Assembly (NCBI GenBank): GCA_965242965.1
Contig: OZ251518.1
Span: 5,408,001 to 5,472,000, forward strand
DNA: 64,000 nucleotides
Direction of reading: 5' to 3'
Origin: Candidatus Poribacteria bacterium
GTDB taxonomy: Bacteria > Poribacteria > WGA-4E > WGA-3G
The translations under genes and the position numbers were made by a program. The notes under the pieces were generated by a model. That model made no database searches and was not told the origin of the DNA. It saw only the letters and a program-made list of their open reading frames with translations. Below, piece by piece: positions 49,794-59,083 of the stretch (the stretch's first letter is position 1; every line of letters begins with the position of its first letter).

Positions 49794-51068
49794 TTACGCC
49801 TCTATTTGCGCAAGCACGTAGGGGCCTTCTGGAATTGCTGCTATCCGCGTGTTGTCACCGTAGCGCGTCAAAATCGCCGCAATACCCGCCTGCGGTTCTC
49901 GCACAGGCTGCACGAACAACTTCGCCTGTTGCGGATACGGAATGCCCTCTGAATAGAAATAGATGTCCGCCTTCCGGGCGACTTTCGCCAATTCTTCCAA
50001 CTGCCACTGATCGATGACGAAGTTCGCGGGATTGTAAAGTCCCTCTACGAACGCCCGCAAATCACGCGTCTTGAAAACCAGATCGGTGAACGGGCCACTC
50101 CCAATACCCTCGCCGCACGCCGCGACGAGCAGAATACTTCCCCCTTCTTTCACAATCTCAACGGCGGTGAGGAGTCCCTTAATCGCCTGATAGAACGTCG
50201 TATCCAACGGATGCCCCGCACTGGAGACGACGACTGCATCCACTGGCTCAGGCAGCGTTGCCTTCGCCTGATTCTCCACGAACTGCGCGCCGACGCGGTG
50301 CGAAGCCACCATGTCCCCGGCGAAAACGCCTGTGATGCGCCGTGCTTTATCAATTGCGACATTCAGATTGAAATCGACACCCGCCATCAAGGCAATCTCT
50401 GTTGCCTCCTCGTGGAACGGATTCCCGTCGAGTATCCCCACAGCGGACTTAGGATGTTCCATCAAATGCGGGCCGTGCATGATTTTCATCGTCTCTACCG
50501 AAGCGAGCCCGGGGCAAATCGCTTTCCGTCCGCCGGAATAGCCCGCCATCAAGTGCGGTTCAATTAGCCCCGTAATTACCTTCAAATCAGCGGCGAGGTA
50601 AGTTTTATCAATGTGAACTGGCGTGCCGTTCGCCGTTTTTCCGAGATAGGCGTGCGTCCCCGGGGCTTGCGAGAAATGGTTGAGGATGCGATACGTCTCC
50701 ATAATGTCACGTCCCACCATCCCCTCCAATTCTTCGCCTTCGTTTGGCCGGTGGATGCCGGTGGCGATGAGTATCGTTATCTTCTCGCGCGGGATGCCCG
50801 ATGCCACGAGCGTCTCCAGCATCGGCGGAAGAATTATTTGATTCGGGACAGGGCGCGTCACATCGGAGATGACGATGCAGGCGGAGTCGCGGCCTCGCGC
50901 CAATTCCGCTAACGCCGGTGACGCAATCGGTTCTGCAATCGCTTGCCGCACCGCGGCATCAGCATCCGCCAACGGCGCGCTTTCCGACGTTTCTAAGATG
51001 CCCGCCAGATTATTGTCGGGAATGTTTATCGGCAATGTTCCGTGCCCGTACCGCATCTCAATTTGCAT
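49794..51068 (-). CDS. LarA-family nickel-pincer-dependent racemase/epimerase
   Basis: Start ATG 51068. ISDVTRP, ATGIHR, EPHLMAGYSGGRK, YQAIK. Confidence 0.85.
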   Translation of the reverse strand: MQIEMRYGHGTLPINIPDNNLAGILETSESAPLADADAAVRQAIAEPIASPALAELARGRDSACIVISDVTRPVPNQIILPPMLETLVASGIPREKITILIATGIHRPNEGEELEGMVGRDIMETYRILNHFSQAPGTHAYLGKTANGTPVHIDKTYLAADLKVITGLIEPHLMAGYSGGRKAICPGLASVETMKIMHGPHLMEHPKSAVGILDGNPFHEEATEIALMAGVDFNLNVAIDKARRITGVFAGDMVASHRVGAQFVENQAKATLPEPVDAVVVSSAGHPLDTTFYQAIKGLLTAVEIVKEGGSILLVAACGEGIGSGPFTDLVFKTRDLRAFVEGLYNPANFVIDQWQLEELAKVARKADIYFYSEGIPYPQQAKLFVQPVREPQAGIAAILTRYGDNTRIAAIPEGPYVLAQIEA

Positions 51069-51119
51069 TTCTGATTTTCCTAAAAACTTGACTTTTTTCG
51101 CGATGCATGTTAAAATTCC

Positions 51120-51533
51120 ATGAAAAATCCAAACACGGAGAACCAAACAGACATGCAACGCATTGAAGTTACCACAAAACCTAACGGTGCCGGCCGCAAC
51201 TGGCTTGAAGTCGGCTATTTTGAGACTGATGCCCTTGACAGGAAGCAGTGGATTAAGAAAAACGTGCCGCATCAGGATGCCAAACTGACGGTGGATAGGC
51301 AATATTCGGCGCGCGGCGAAACCATCGATTGGATTCTGCTCATCCCCGAAAATTACCCGTTCACGCTTATCAAAGTCACTTATGATAGGCTGAACCCGCG
51401 AGAACTTGAAGTCTTGTGGGCACCGGAGGGCACGCCGCAACCGGAAACTTCCCGCGAAGATAAAATCAAGCGCGCGTTGGAACTCGCATCCGATAACGAA
51501 GAGCTGACCGGGCTGCTAAAGGAACTCCTCTAA
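51120..51533 (+). CDS. Hypothetical protein
   Basis: 137-aa ORF with protein-like composition filling the gap divergent from the LarA gene. Confidence 0.6.
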   Translation: MKNPNTENQTDMQRIEVTTKPNGAGRNWLEVGYFETDALDRKQWIKKNVPHQDAKLTVDRQYSARGETIDWILLIPENYPFTLIKVTYDRLNPRELEVLWAPEGTPQPETSREDKIKRALELASDNEELTGLLKELL

Positions 51534-51724
51534 ACAAGCAGAACGCACATCCTCCGCTTATCTCCAAAACCGGCTCGCTTGTCCCTCGCGATGTTTACTG
51601 TGCCGTTTTCCCGTAGCGCGAGGGCCTGTCCCTCGCGGGCTTACTGTCCCGCTTGTCCGTAGCGCGAGTGCCTGTCCCTCGCGATGTTTACGGTGGGGAC
51701 ATGCCTCAACCCTACATTTACCAA

Positions 51725-53098
51725 TTACCAGCCATAACGTTCGGGCCCCCAAGGCTTCGTTATCAATTCCTGCTTCGCCATCACCATCGTCTTGCTCGGC
51801 ACATCATCGTAGAGAATAACGCCTGGGCCGACAACGCTGTAAGCCCCGATGCGCCGTCCCGGCATGATAATAGCGTTGACACCGGTTCGGCAATAATCGC
51901 CCATGTAAGTGGCGTTCGCGCCGTAAGTAGGGATTTCATAACGTCCCTCTATCTGCATCGGCGTATCCTTATCGTCAAACCGCAGCGTTCCGCATACCGT
52001 CGCTGCGCCGATATCGGTGGCGCATCCGAAAACGCCGGACATCTCGCAGTAGTGATACAGATAAACCTTGTCAAACATCACTCCCGCCATCTCTGCGCCG
52101 TGTCCGACGATGCATCGGTTGCCGATGACGCTGCTGCCAATGTCGCAGTAATCGCTGATGCGGCACTGCTTTCCGACGAAGATGTTCCCATGCAAAATCG
52201 CGCCGTTCGTGATGTTGTTGTTCTCCCCTGCAATCAGTGTGCCATTGATGACGACGCGCGGGCCAATAACCGAGTTCTTGCCTAACACGACGCGGCCGTT
52301 AATCTCAGCGGCATCCGAAATCTGTGCCCCTTTCGCGATGTCGTCAGCATCGAGTTGCGTAGCGAGGTAGTCTACCAGTCGCCGATTCGCTTCCAGCACG
52401 TGCCACGGTTTATCGACATCGACGAAGAACTCTGTCGTCTCAACTGCCATCACCGATTTTCCATCGTCCACCATCAACTGAATAGATTGCGCGATGTCCG
52501 ATTCCGGTGGTGGCATTCCGCCGACAGGCACGCGCGTGACGATACCGGGATTCCTTAAGAGATAGGGTGTCGTCTCCTTCTCGCGAAAAGCGTAAACGCC
52601 GCAGAGCCTATGCGAACCGCCACGCGGATGTCCTTCAATGCCTGTCACACATTCGCTGCTGGTGCCTGCACAGAGCCAATCGCTTGCATCTTCCTCTCCG
52701 AGAGGTTGCACCAGCGCGGCGGCTTCAACTTTTTCTTCGATGCACCTGTTAATCAAATTACGTAAATTATCAGGTGTGGTTACAATATCTCCCGGAACTA
52801 CCAGATAAAGTTCGTTTTTGAGGCATTTGAGTGCTTCCAGCGTCGCCGTTGCGGTGCCATCGCGCGTCTGTTGCGTGACAAACGCCACTTCGGGGATGTC
52901 GGCGACCGCACCGCGGACCTGCTGAGCGTAATGTCCCACGACAACGATAACCTGTTCACATCCTATCTGAACGAGGTTTTCCACTATTCGGCGCACGATG
53001 GGCGTATTGGCAACAGGCAGCGTGCATTTCTGTCGGAATTCGCCGTAGGGCCAAACCTTCTTGCCTAACCCTGCGGCGAGAACAATTGCGCTGAACAT
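51725..53098 (-). CDS. NDP-sugar pyrophosphorylase with left-handed beta-helix (GlmU/GCD1-like)
   Basis: AIVLAAGLG..K..LPVAN, GTA, DVDKPW, hexapeptide repeats. Confidence 0.85.
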   Translation of the reverse strand: MFSAIVLAAGLGKKVWPYGEFRQKCTLPVANTPIVRRIVENLVQIGCEQVIVVVGHYAQQVRGAVADIPEVAFVTQQTRDGTATATLEALKCLKNELYLVVPGDIVTTPDNLRNLINRCIEEKVEAAALVQPLGEEDASDWLCAGTSSECVTGIEGHPRGGSHRLCGVYAFREKETTPYLLRNPGIVTRVPVGGMPPPESDIAQSIQLMVDDGKSVMAVETTEFFVDVDKPWHVLEANRRLVDYLATQLDADDIAKGAQISDAAEINGRVVLGKNSVIGPRVVINGTLIAGENNNITNGAILHGNIFVGKQCRISDYCDIGSSVIGNRCIVGHGAEMAGVMFDKVYLYHYCEMSGVFGCATDIGAATVCGTLRFDDKDTPMQIEGRYEIPTYGANATYMGDYCRTGVNAIIMPGRRIGAYSVVGPGVILYDDVPSKTMVMAKQELITKPWGPERYGW

Positions 53099-53866
<768 letters not shown>

Positions 53867-53892
53867 TCAAATTGCCACGATAAGGAGAAAAT

Positions 53893-54858
53893 ATGGGATA
53901 TAACGATGGCAGGAAACAGTTGGAGCGGATTCTCAAGCTAGCCAACCTCCTCCAGAAATCACCATTGAGAGTCCGAGTTCTGGCTGAGCGTTTCGACGTT
54001 CATGTCACGCGTATCTACGACGATATAAAGATTCTTGAGAAGTTCTTCGTTGTGGAAAAGGAGCGGGCGCGCTATTGGATTAAGACTGAACGTCCGCGTC
54101 CGCATCCAGAAATCACGAAACAAGAGTTCAATGCTTTAACGGCTGCAGTTGAGGCTGTGAAGGGCGCGCCTTTTGAGAATCGCCTCAAACGCGTATTAGC
54201 AAAATTTGATGAACCCCTCGCCGCGCGCATCCGGATTGAAATTGAGAGAGAGGCGCAGATTTCGGTGAAGATCAAAGCCGGAAACCGCCATGATGAGGTT
54301 GAGGGACATTTTCGCACGTTGGAGAAGTCTCTTTACCTGCAGCAGGCGGTGCGCGCTATGTATCAGCCCGGTGGCAAAACGGAGACAGTTGCACACGTGC
54401 TTCATCCGTATGCCATCTTCTTCCGGAAGGAAGATTGGTATTTAGAGGCGCGCTCCAATTTATCGGAGAACGCGTCGCTCACCTTCAAAATCCTCCGTTT
54501 CCGGGAAATTGAACTGCTAGATGCGTCGTTTGAGCGTCCTGCGGCATTTTCATTAGCAGCGAATCTTGCGTCGCGCTGGGAGTTGTTTAGCGGTGAACCT
54601 ACCACCGTGCTCCTCAAAATTGCCTCGCACAAAGCGTATCTAGTTGAGGAGAAGGAGCGTCACGCTTCTCAGGAGATTGTGGAGCGTTGCGCGGACGGTT
54701 CGGTAGTCGTGCGGTATCACGTGCCGCCGGAGGAATTCACGTTTTGGGTATTGAGTTTGGGGGACGCGGCGGAGATTTTGGACCCGCCAGAATTCCGTTC
54801 GGAGGTTGCGGCAATAGTGCAGCGGATGCACGCCGTGTATTTTGCGGATGGCGAGTAG
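53893..54858 (+). CDS. HTH-WYL-WCX transcriptional regulator
   Basis: LAERFDV..TRIYDDI HTH; HPY....DWYL..FKILR; W.LSLGD.AEIL.P. Confidence 0.9.
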   Translation: MGYNDGRKQLERILKLANLLQKSPLRVRVLAERFDVHVTRIYDDIKILEKFFVVEKERARYWIKTERPRPHPEITKQEFNALTAAVEAVKGAPFENRLKRVLAKFDEPLAARIRIEIEREAQISVKIKAGNRHDEVEGHFRTLEKSLYLQQAVRAMYQPGGKTETVAHVLHPYAIFFRKEDWYLEARSNLSENASLTFKILRFREIELLDASFERPAAFSLAANLASRWELFSGEPTTVLLKIASHKAYLVEEKERHASQEIVERCADGSVVVRYHVPPEEFTFWVLSLGDAAEILDPPEFRSEVAAIVQRMHAVYFADGE

Positions 54859-54930
54859 GTGAATTGGGCTCGGGGAGGCTTTGGTTTGATAAAGCCCGGA
54901 GCCTTCTTGGGCCAATTCGCGATTTTTTTC

Positions 54931-54959
54931 TTGACTTTTGCGGTTGAATATGGTATCAT
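54931..54959 (+). promoter_or_regulatory. Sigma70-type promoter (distal)
   Basis: TTGACT-N17-TATCAT with extended TG. Confidence 0.55.
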
Positions 54960-55074
54960 ATTAAACATCGATAGAAGCCGCTCGATTGCGAGATTGAAAA
55001 ATTTGGATTTTCGTATGCTACAGCCCCGAATTTCCTATAAGAATCTCAAGCGTGAGATGGATTTGATTTTTTCC

Positions 55075-55103
55075 TTGACATTCCGCTGAAAATGTGTTAT
55101 AAT
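55075..55103 (+). promoter_or_regulatory. Consensus sigma70 promoter of the DUF3800 gene
   Basis: TTGACA-N17-TATAAT with extended TG. Confidence 0.75.
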
Positions 55104-55152
55104 TAAGATGTCATTTGTATTTATAGTATGTTACACGAAAAAAAGGAGGAAA

Positions 55153-55749
55153 ATGAGAATCAACTTTAAACGAACGACAGCGGGGACAAAACGAATTGAG
55201 TTCTACGTTGACGAATCCGGGCAAGATACTCGAGGAGAGTTGTTCATCGTCGCCGGCGTGGCAGTAAAAAACAGCGATGAGCTCCGCCAGCATTGCGTGT
55301 CCCTTGAAAGGACTTCGGGGAAAGGTAAAGTGAAGTGGGCAAGCGCCGAAAGAACAAGGCGTTTGGCTTACCTACGCACCGCAATCTCAGATGCCTCCTC
55401 TTTCGGGGCCACTATATTCTACAGCGTTTTTCGTAAAACCACAGATTATGATGGCGCGACAATTGAAGGCGTTGCGCGAGCCATGCGTCGTTTGTCAACT
55501 CGCAATTCCTCGGTTTTTGTCTACGTTGATGCCCTGGGAGGCGAAAAGTGCCGCGAATACGGAACCCGTTTGCGAAAACTCGGATGTTCTCTCAAACGGG
55601 TGCGCGGATGTTCAGATGAAAACGAACCGCTCATCAGGTTAGCAGATGCCGTGGCAGGAGCAGCTGCGGAATTGATTAAATACGATTCCGAAGACCTGGG
55701 TGAGATTTTCTCGCAAGCCAAACAGCAAGGCACCATTGTTGAACTTTAA
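55153..55749 (+). CDS. DUF3800 family protein (predicted RNase H-like fold)
   Basis: AGGAGG RBS; FYVDESG..FIVAGV, VYVD, S....LIRLADAVAG. Confidence 0.8.
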   Translation: MRINFKRTTAGTKRIEFYVDESGQDTRGELFIVAGVAVKNSDELRQHCVSLERTSGKGKVKWASAERTRRLAYLRTAISDASSFGATIFYSVFRKTTDYDGATIEGVARAMRRLSTRNSSVFVYVDALGGEKCREYGTRLRKLGCSLKRVRGCSDENEPLIRLADAVAGAAAELIKYDSEDLGEIFSQAKQQGTIVEL

Positions 55750-55780
55750 AACAGAAAACCACCCCCGCGTCAGGGGGTGG
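55748..55780 (-). terminator. Intrinsic terminator of the minus-strand transcript
   Basis: CCACCCCC-tgacgc-GGGGGTGG followed by TTTTCTGTTTT on the minus strand. Confidence 0.65.
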
Positions 55781-55963
55781 GCAACCTATTCTCCCGGCCG
55801 GCCGGAAGACAGCTCAGCATACGCAATAGTCTTCGGCTGCTATTTTACTTCTGATAAAGGGTAGAATACCACCCTGGCGAGAGGGTGGGCAACCTATTCT
55901 CCCGGCCGGCCGGAAGACAGCTCAGCATACGCAATAGTTTTCGGCTGCGATTTTACTTCTGGT
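55748..55963 (-). ncRNA. Putative structured ncRNA with two tandem ~100-nt units (DUF3800-associated RNA motif-like)
   Basis: Direct repeats 55753-55853 and 55863-55961, each with two hairpins; upstream minus-strand promoter and downstream terminator. Confidence 0.65.
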
Positions 55964-55969
55964 ATTAAA

Positions 55970-55998
55970 ATTATACCCTATTCCGCGCGAAAAGTCAA
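55970..55998 (-). promoter_or_regulatory. Sigma70 promoter pointing into the tandem RNA units
   Basis: Minus strand TTGACT-N17-TATAAT; predicted +1 near 55963, at the repeat edge. Confidence 0.7.
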
Positions 55999-56127
55999 GA
56001 AAATTCCGCGAAATCTGACATTTTCGTAAAAAAAGACCGGGTTTTTTGATTTTTCAGGTCGATTTTTTTTGATTTTTGCGTAAAACGCTAAATTCTTGTG
56101 GTATAATTAAAGCAGATTGATAATCGG

Positions 56128-56175
56128 TTGCATGTTTGCAAGGTTGCTGCTATAATGAACAGCAAACCAATGCAA
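56128..56175 (+). promoter_or_regulatory. cas operon promoter with overlapping inverted repeat (candidate operator)
   Basis: TTGCAT-N17-TATAAT (56128-56156); TTGCAaGGTTGCTG...CAGCAAACCaaTGCAA surrounds the -10 box. Confidence 0.6.
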
Positions 56176-56191
56176 TCGGAAAGGAGACATC

Positions 56192-59083
56192 ATGGCAAGA
56201 CAGAAATCCGGAGTGGAGGAGTTCTGGTTGTCACTCGGTATCGGTTCCGGGCGTGACGACATCTTCTGCGCTTATGTAAACGAAATCGCCAATCGGAAAC
56301 TGCGCGCCTATCAGGAAATCATCCAATACGGCGCGAAGGCGGGAGAATCGCTCTATCTCCATATCCTCAACGGGATTTTCGTTCTGGAACGGTTACGTCC
56401 ACGCTTGGAATTGGATGACGTTGAAGTCCAAGTGTTGTTCAGTGCCTTCAGCGTCCATGACATGAACAAACTTAACGAGTTTCAGAGCGTGAAGCGTTCG
56501 TTCAATTATCTGGCCAACGCAACGAATGTCAGTGCGGTGTTGACAGAACTTGAGATGGAACGGTTCTTCCCGGATTGGGAAGATTACCTGAAAGACATTG
56601 AGGTGCTTGTCCGCGCCCACTCGCGGTTTCACAACGTCTACGACGAAACCCTCGCTCTGGACTACGCTCCGTATTCCCTGTGCAGGGACAGGATTTTGAA
56701 CTATCTTGTCCCGATTATCCAAGCGATAGATGTCATCGATCTATCGAAAACATTGGAGGAACGTGCAAAGAAAGGAGACTTCCTCCGCACGCTCAACCCG
56801 ATTTTCGATGATGCGCAGTACCGGTTCGTCTACCATAAAGTCAGCGAGCAGCGCGGCATTTTGACGAACCTCATCCATAACGAAATTGCGGCGTACCTTG
56901 AGAAAGAAAAACAGTTGTTGCCGCTCCTATTTTATCCGGACGGGGTCGCGTACCTCGTTGAGCGGCACCGCGATGTCCAGATGACGAACGACGAAATCGC
57001 GACGGTTGGCAACCGGATTGTCGCTAGTGTTGAATCAGAAACCAGCAAAGGATTCAGCAAGTTTATCAAAGGCAGTCCGGCAGGTATCAAGATTGATGAG
57101 AAATGCCTCGCACTCGGGCTACCTTTTGAATGCCTCTGGAACGAGGTGCGAAACATCATCAGCGAGCGGCAGTATGTCGCAAACGCAAAAGTGGATGAAA
57201 TGAACGCTAAGTGTCGGGCACGACTGGAAAAGGTTCGCGAGAAGTCAGGGGAGCCGATGCAGCTCTCTCAGCCTCCGGACTTTGAGAATTCAGGTGGGCA
57301 GCTGAGTTTATTTAACTTAGATGCTCCGGAATCGAGCCTTGTGAATCAGGTCCTGTCGGAGAAAACTCCTTTGCTGCCTCCCGATGATGCAGCTCTGAGG
57401 TTGGGGGAGTTGGTTCGGACATACTACATCTTCCTGAACAAACACTTTGCTCACACCCTTACGGATGCTTGGAAGCATGTTTACAATCTACTTGCGTTGC
57501 CATCGCAAACCGAGGATGCAAATTGTCGTCCGCGATACGAACTTTTTGATGCCCTCTACGACCGGGGGTACATCATCGGGCGAGACCTTTACAACAGCGG
57601 CAGAAACTTTGATGAAATCTATGAGTTGATTGTCCAAGATGGGACAATTCTCATGGAGACTGCACAAACCGAAAGCGAATTCGGAATTCTCGCGGATTAC
57701 GTTCGCAAGTACGTTGATTTTGACTTCACTGTCGGCAGAGACCGGCACTTCGCGACACATCTGGAACGTTATGTAAAGGATAATCACTCGCAGTGTAGCA
57801 CTTGCGGCTCAGAATTTGATACGGCTCTCTGGATGAAGGCAGATGTGCCGCCGAATATCAAGGTGCAGCAATTTTCAAATCGGCTGCAGGGAGGCTCATC
57901 GCGGGAACCGAAACGTCGGGTTTGTAGCATTTGCCGAACGCAATACATGCTGGATAAACTCTGTTACAGGGTTGGAGGAAAAACGGCTATGTTTTTTATC
58001 CACCTGTATCCGCCATCGTTTTTCACCGATGTGTTAATCGACGCTTTTCGGGCGGCACAAGAGAGATTCCGCAACCCGGATTTACCATCGGTATTTCTCA
58101 AGACAGACGATGTGCTCCGGCACTATCGAGAACAGACTCAATTAGAGTTGAAGTTTTCTCATACGAAGGTTAATGGGAACCCGTTGCCGAAATTTTCCGA
58201 GGCTCTTGGCAATATTTTAACAGTGCCTGTTAACGCGCCGGGGGATAACCACACAGAGAGGGTTTTGTTTGCTATCGAAAACGCCCTACTTTATCAACGT
58301 TTTCTGGGGTGCCGGGCGGTGTTAACTGATTCATCAATCCCCCTCTTTTCGGGAGACCAATTCAGGCATTTTTTTATCGACCATATTCCATCTGGATTTC
58401 GCGGGTGGTTACCGGAAAATGACATGGATAGTGCCGAAACCCAAAAGGTTTTTGCACAATTGCTCAGACTCCATGAGATCCGTGAGAAGATCGGAAGCAT
58501 TAATGCGGCAGATCTCGTCCGATTGATTCGGTGCCTGAATTACGATGTGCTTGAACTTTACTACGTAACCCATCGAATGATTAAACGCGAACATGCCGGA
58601 AATGAACGCCGGCAATTCACAACCGTCCGCGGCACGGCAAACCTTCTTGCTGATGTCGTGGCACAGAAAGGAGGCGAACCGATTATGCCTTACCTCAAGG
58701 AGCTCGCGCGTATCGCGTGGCAGGGGCAACTGAAAGGCGATAGTCTTGAGGACAACGCGCTCGCGAAACCTCTTGATGTGGCGTTTGACAGCCTAGAACG
58801 GTGGCAGCCTGATCGCGAAACCGCAGAGGAAGCGCGAGCCATCATGTCAAAAGAGGTTGCCCGCGCCATTAAGCGCGTCAACAAGCAGTTCTTCGGCGCG
58901 AAAAAGTTGGAGAACATTTCACAGTTTGTGACGGTGCTGTTCGATCAGATTTACCAAAATGTCTACCATGGCAATCTGCTTGAGCTGCTTGAAAACCGTA
59001 GACGGATCCGCGCCGGGTATCTCTACTTCATCACGGAGATGATTCCCAAGCGCGAGAAAGAGAAGGAGGAACAACAGTCATGA
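56192..59083 (+). CDS. cas10d: Type I-D CRISPR large subunit Cas10d/Csc3 with N-terminal HD nuclease
   Basis: SLYLHILNG, VHDMNK, RGILTN.IHN, CSTC...FSNRL...CSIC. Confidence 0.92.
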   Translation: MARQKSGVEEFWLSLGIGSGRDDIFCAYVNEIANRKLRAYQEIIQYGAKAGESLYLHILNGIFVLERLRPRLELDDVEVQVLFSAFSVHDMNKLNEFQSVKRSFNYLANATNVSAVLTELEMERFFPDWEDYLKDIEVLVRAHSRFHNVYDETLALDYAPYSLCRDRILNYLVPIIQAIDVIDLSKTLEERAKKGDFLRTLNPIFDDAQYRFVYHKVSEQRGILTNLIHNEIAAYLEKEKQLLPLLFYPDGVAYLVERHRDVQMTNDEIATVGNRIVASVESETSKGFSKFIKGSPAGIKIDEKCLALGLPFECLWNEVRNIISERQYVANAKVDEMNAKCRARLEKVREKSGEPMQLSQPPDFENSGGQLSLFNLDAPESSLVNQVLSEKTPLLPPDDAALRLGELVRTYYIFLNKHFAHTLTDAWKHVYNLLALPSQTEDANCRPRYELFDALYDRGYIIGRDLYNSGRNFDEIYELIVQDGTILMETAQTESEFGILADYVRKYVDFDFTVGRDRHFATHLERYVKDNHSQCSTCGSEFDTALWMKADVPPNIKVQQFSNRLQGGSSREPKRRVCSICRTQYMLDKLCYRVGGKTAMFFIHLYPPSFFTDVLIDAFRAAQERFRNPDLPSVFLKTDDVLRHYREQTQLELKFSHTKVNGNPLPKFSEALGNILTVPVNAPGDNHTERVLFAIENALLYQRFLGCRAVLTDSSIPLFSGDQFRHFFIDHIPSGFRGWLPENDMDSAETQKVFAQLLRLHEIREKIGSINAADLVRLIRCLNYDVLELYYVTHRMIKREHAGNERRQFTTVRGTANLLADVVAQKGGEPIMPYLKELARIAWQGQLKGDSLEDNALAKPLDVAFDSLERWQPDRETAEEARAIMSKEVARAIKRVNKQFFGAKKLENISQFVTVLFDQIYQNVYHGNLLELLENRRRIRAGYLYFITEMIPKREKEKEEQQS
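58685..59083 (+). CDS. cas11d: Cas11d small subunit from internal in-frame start in cas10d
   Basis: AAAGGAGG at 58667-58674 before in-frame ATG 58685; 132-aa helical C-terminal product. Confidence 0.7.
   Translation: MPYLKELARIAWQGQLKGDSLEDNALAKPLDVAFDSLERWQPDRETAEEARAIMSKEVARAIKRVNKQFFGAKKLENISQFVTVLFDQIYQNVYHGNLLELLENRRRIRAGYLYFITEMIPKREKEKEEQQS

Noticed and set aside
51069-51440. 124-aa N-terminal extension of the LarA-family ORF
   Set aside because: Overlaps the divergent gene; family similarity begins at MQIEMRYG.
55753-55961. Mini-CRISPR or CreA-like interpretation of the repeats before cas10d
   Set aside because: Units are ~100 nt and almost wholly conserved with no unique spacer, and no CRISPR repeat is available in the window to compare.
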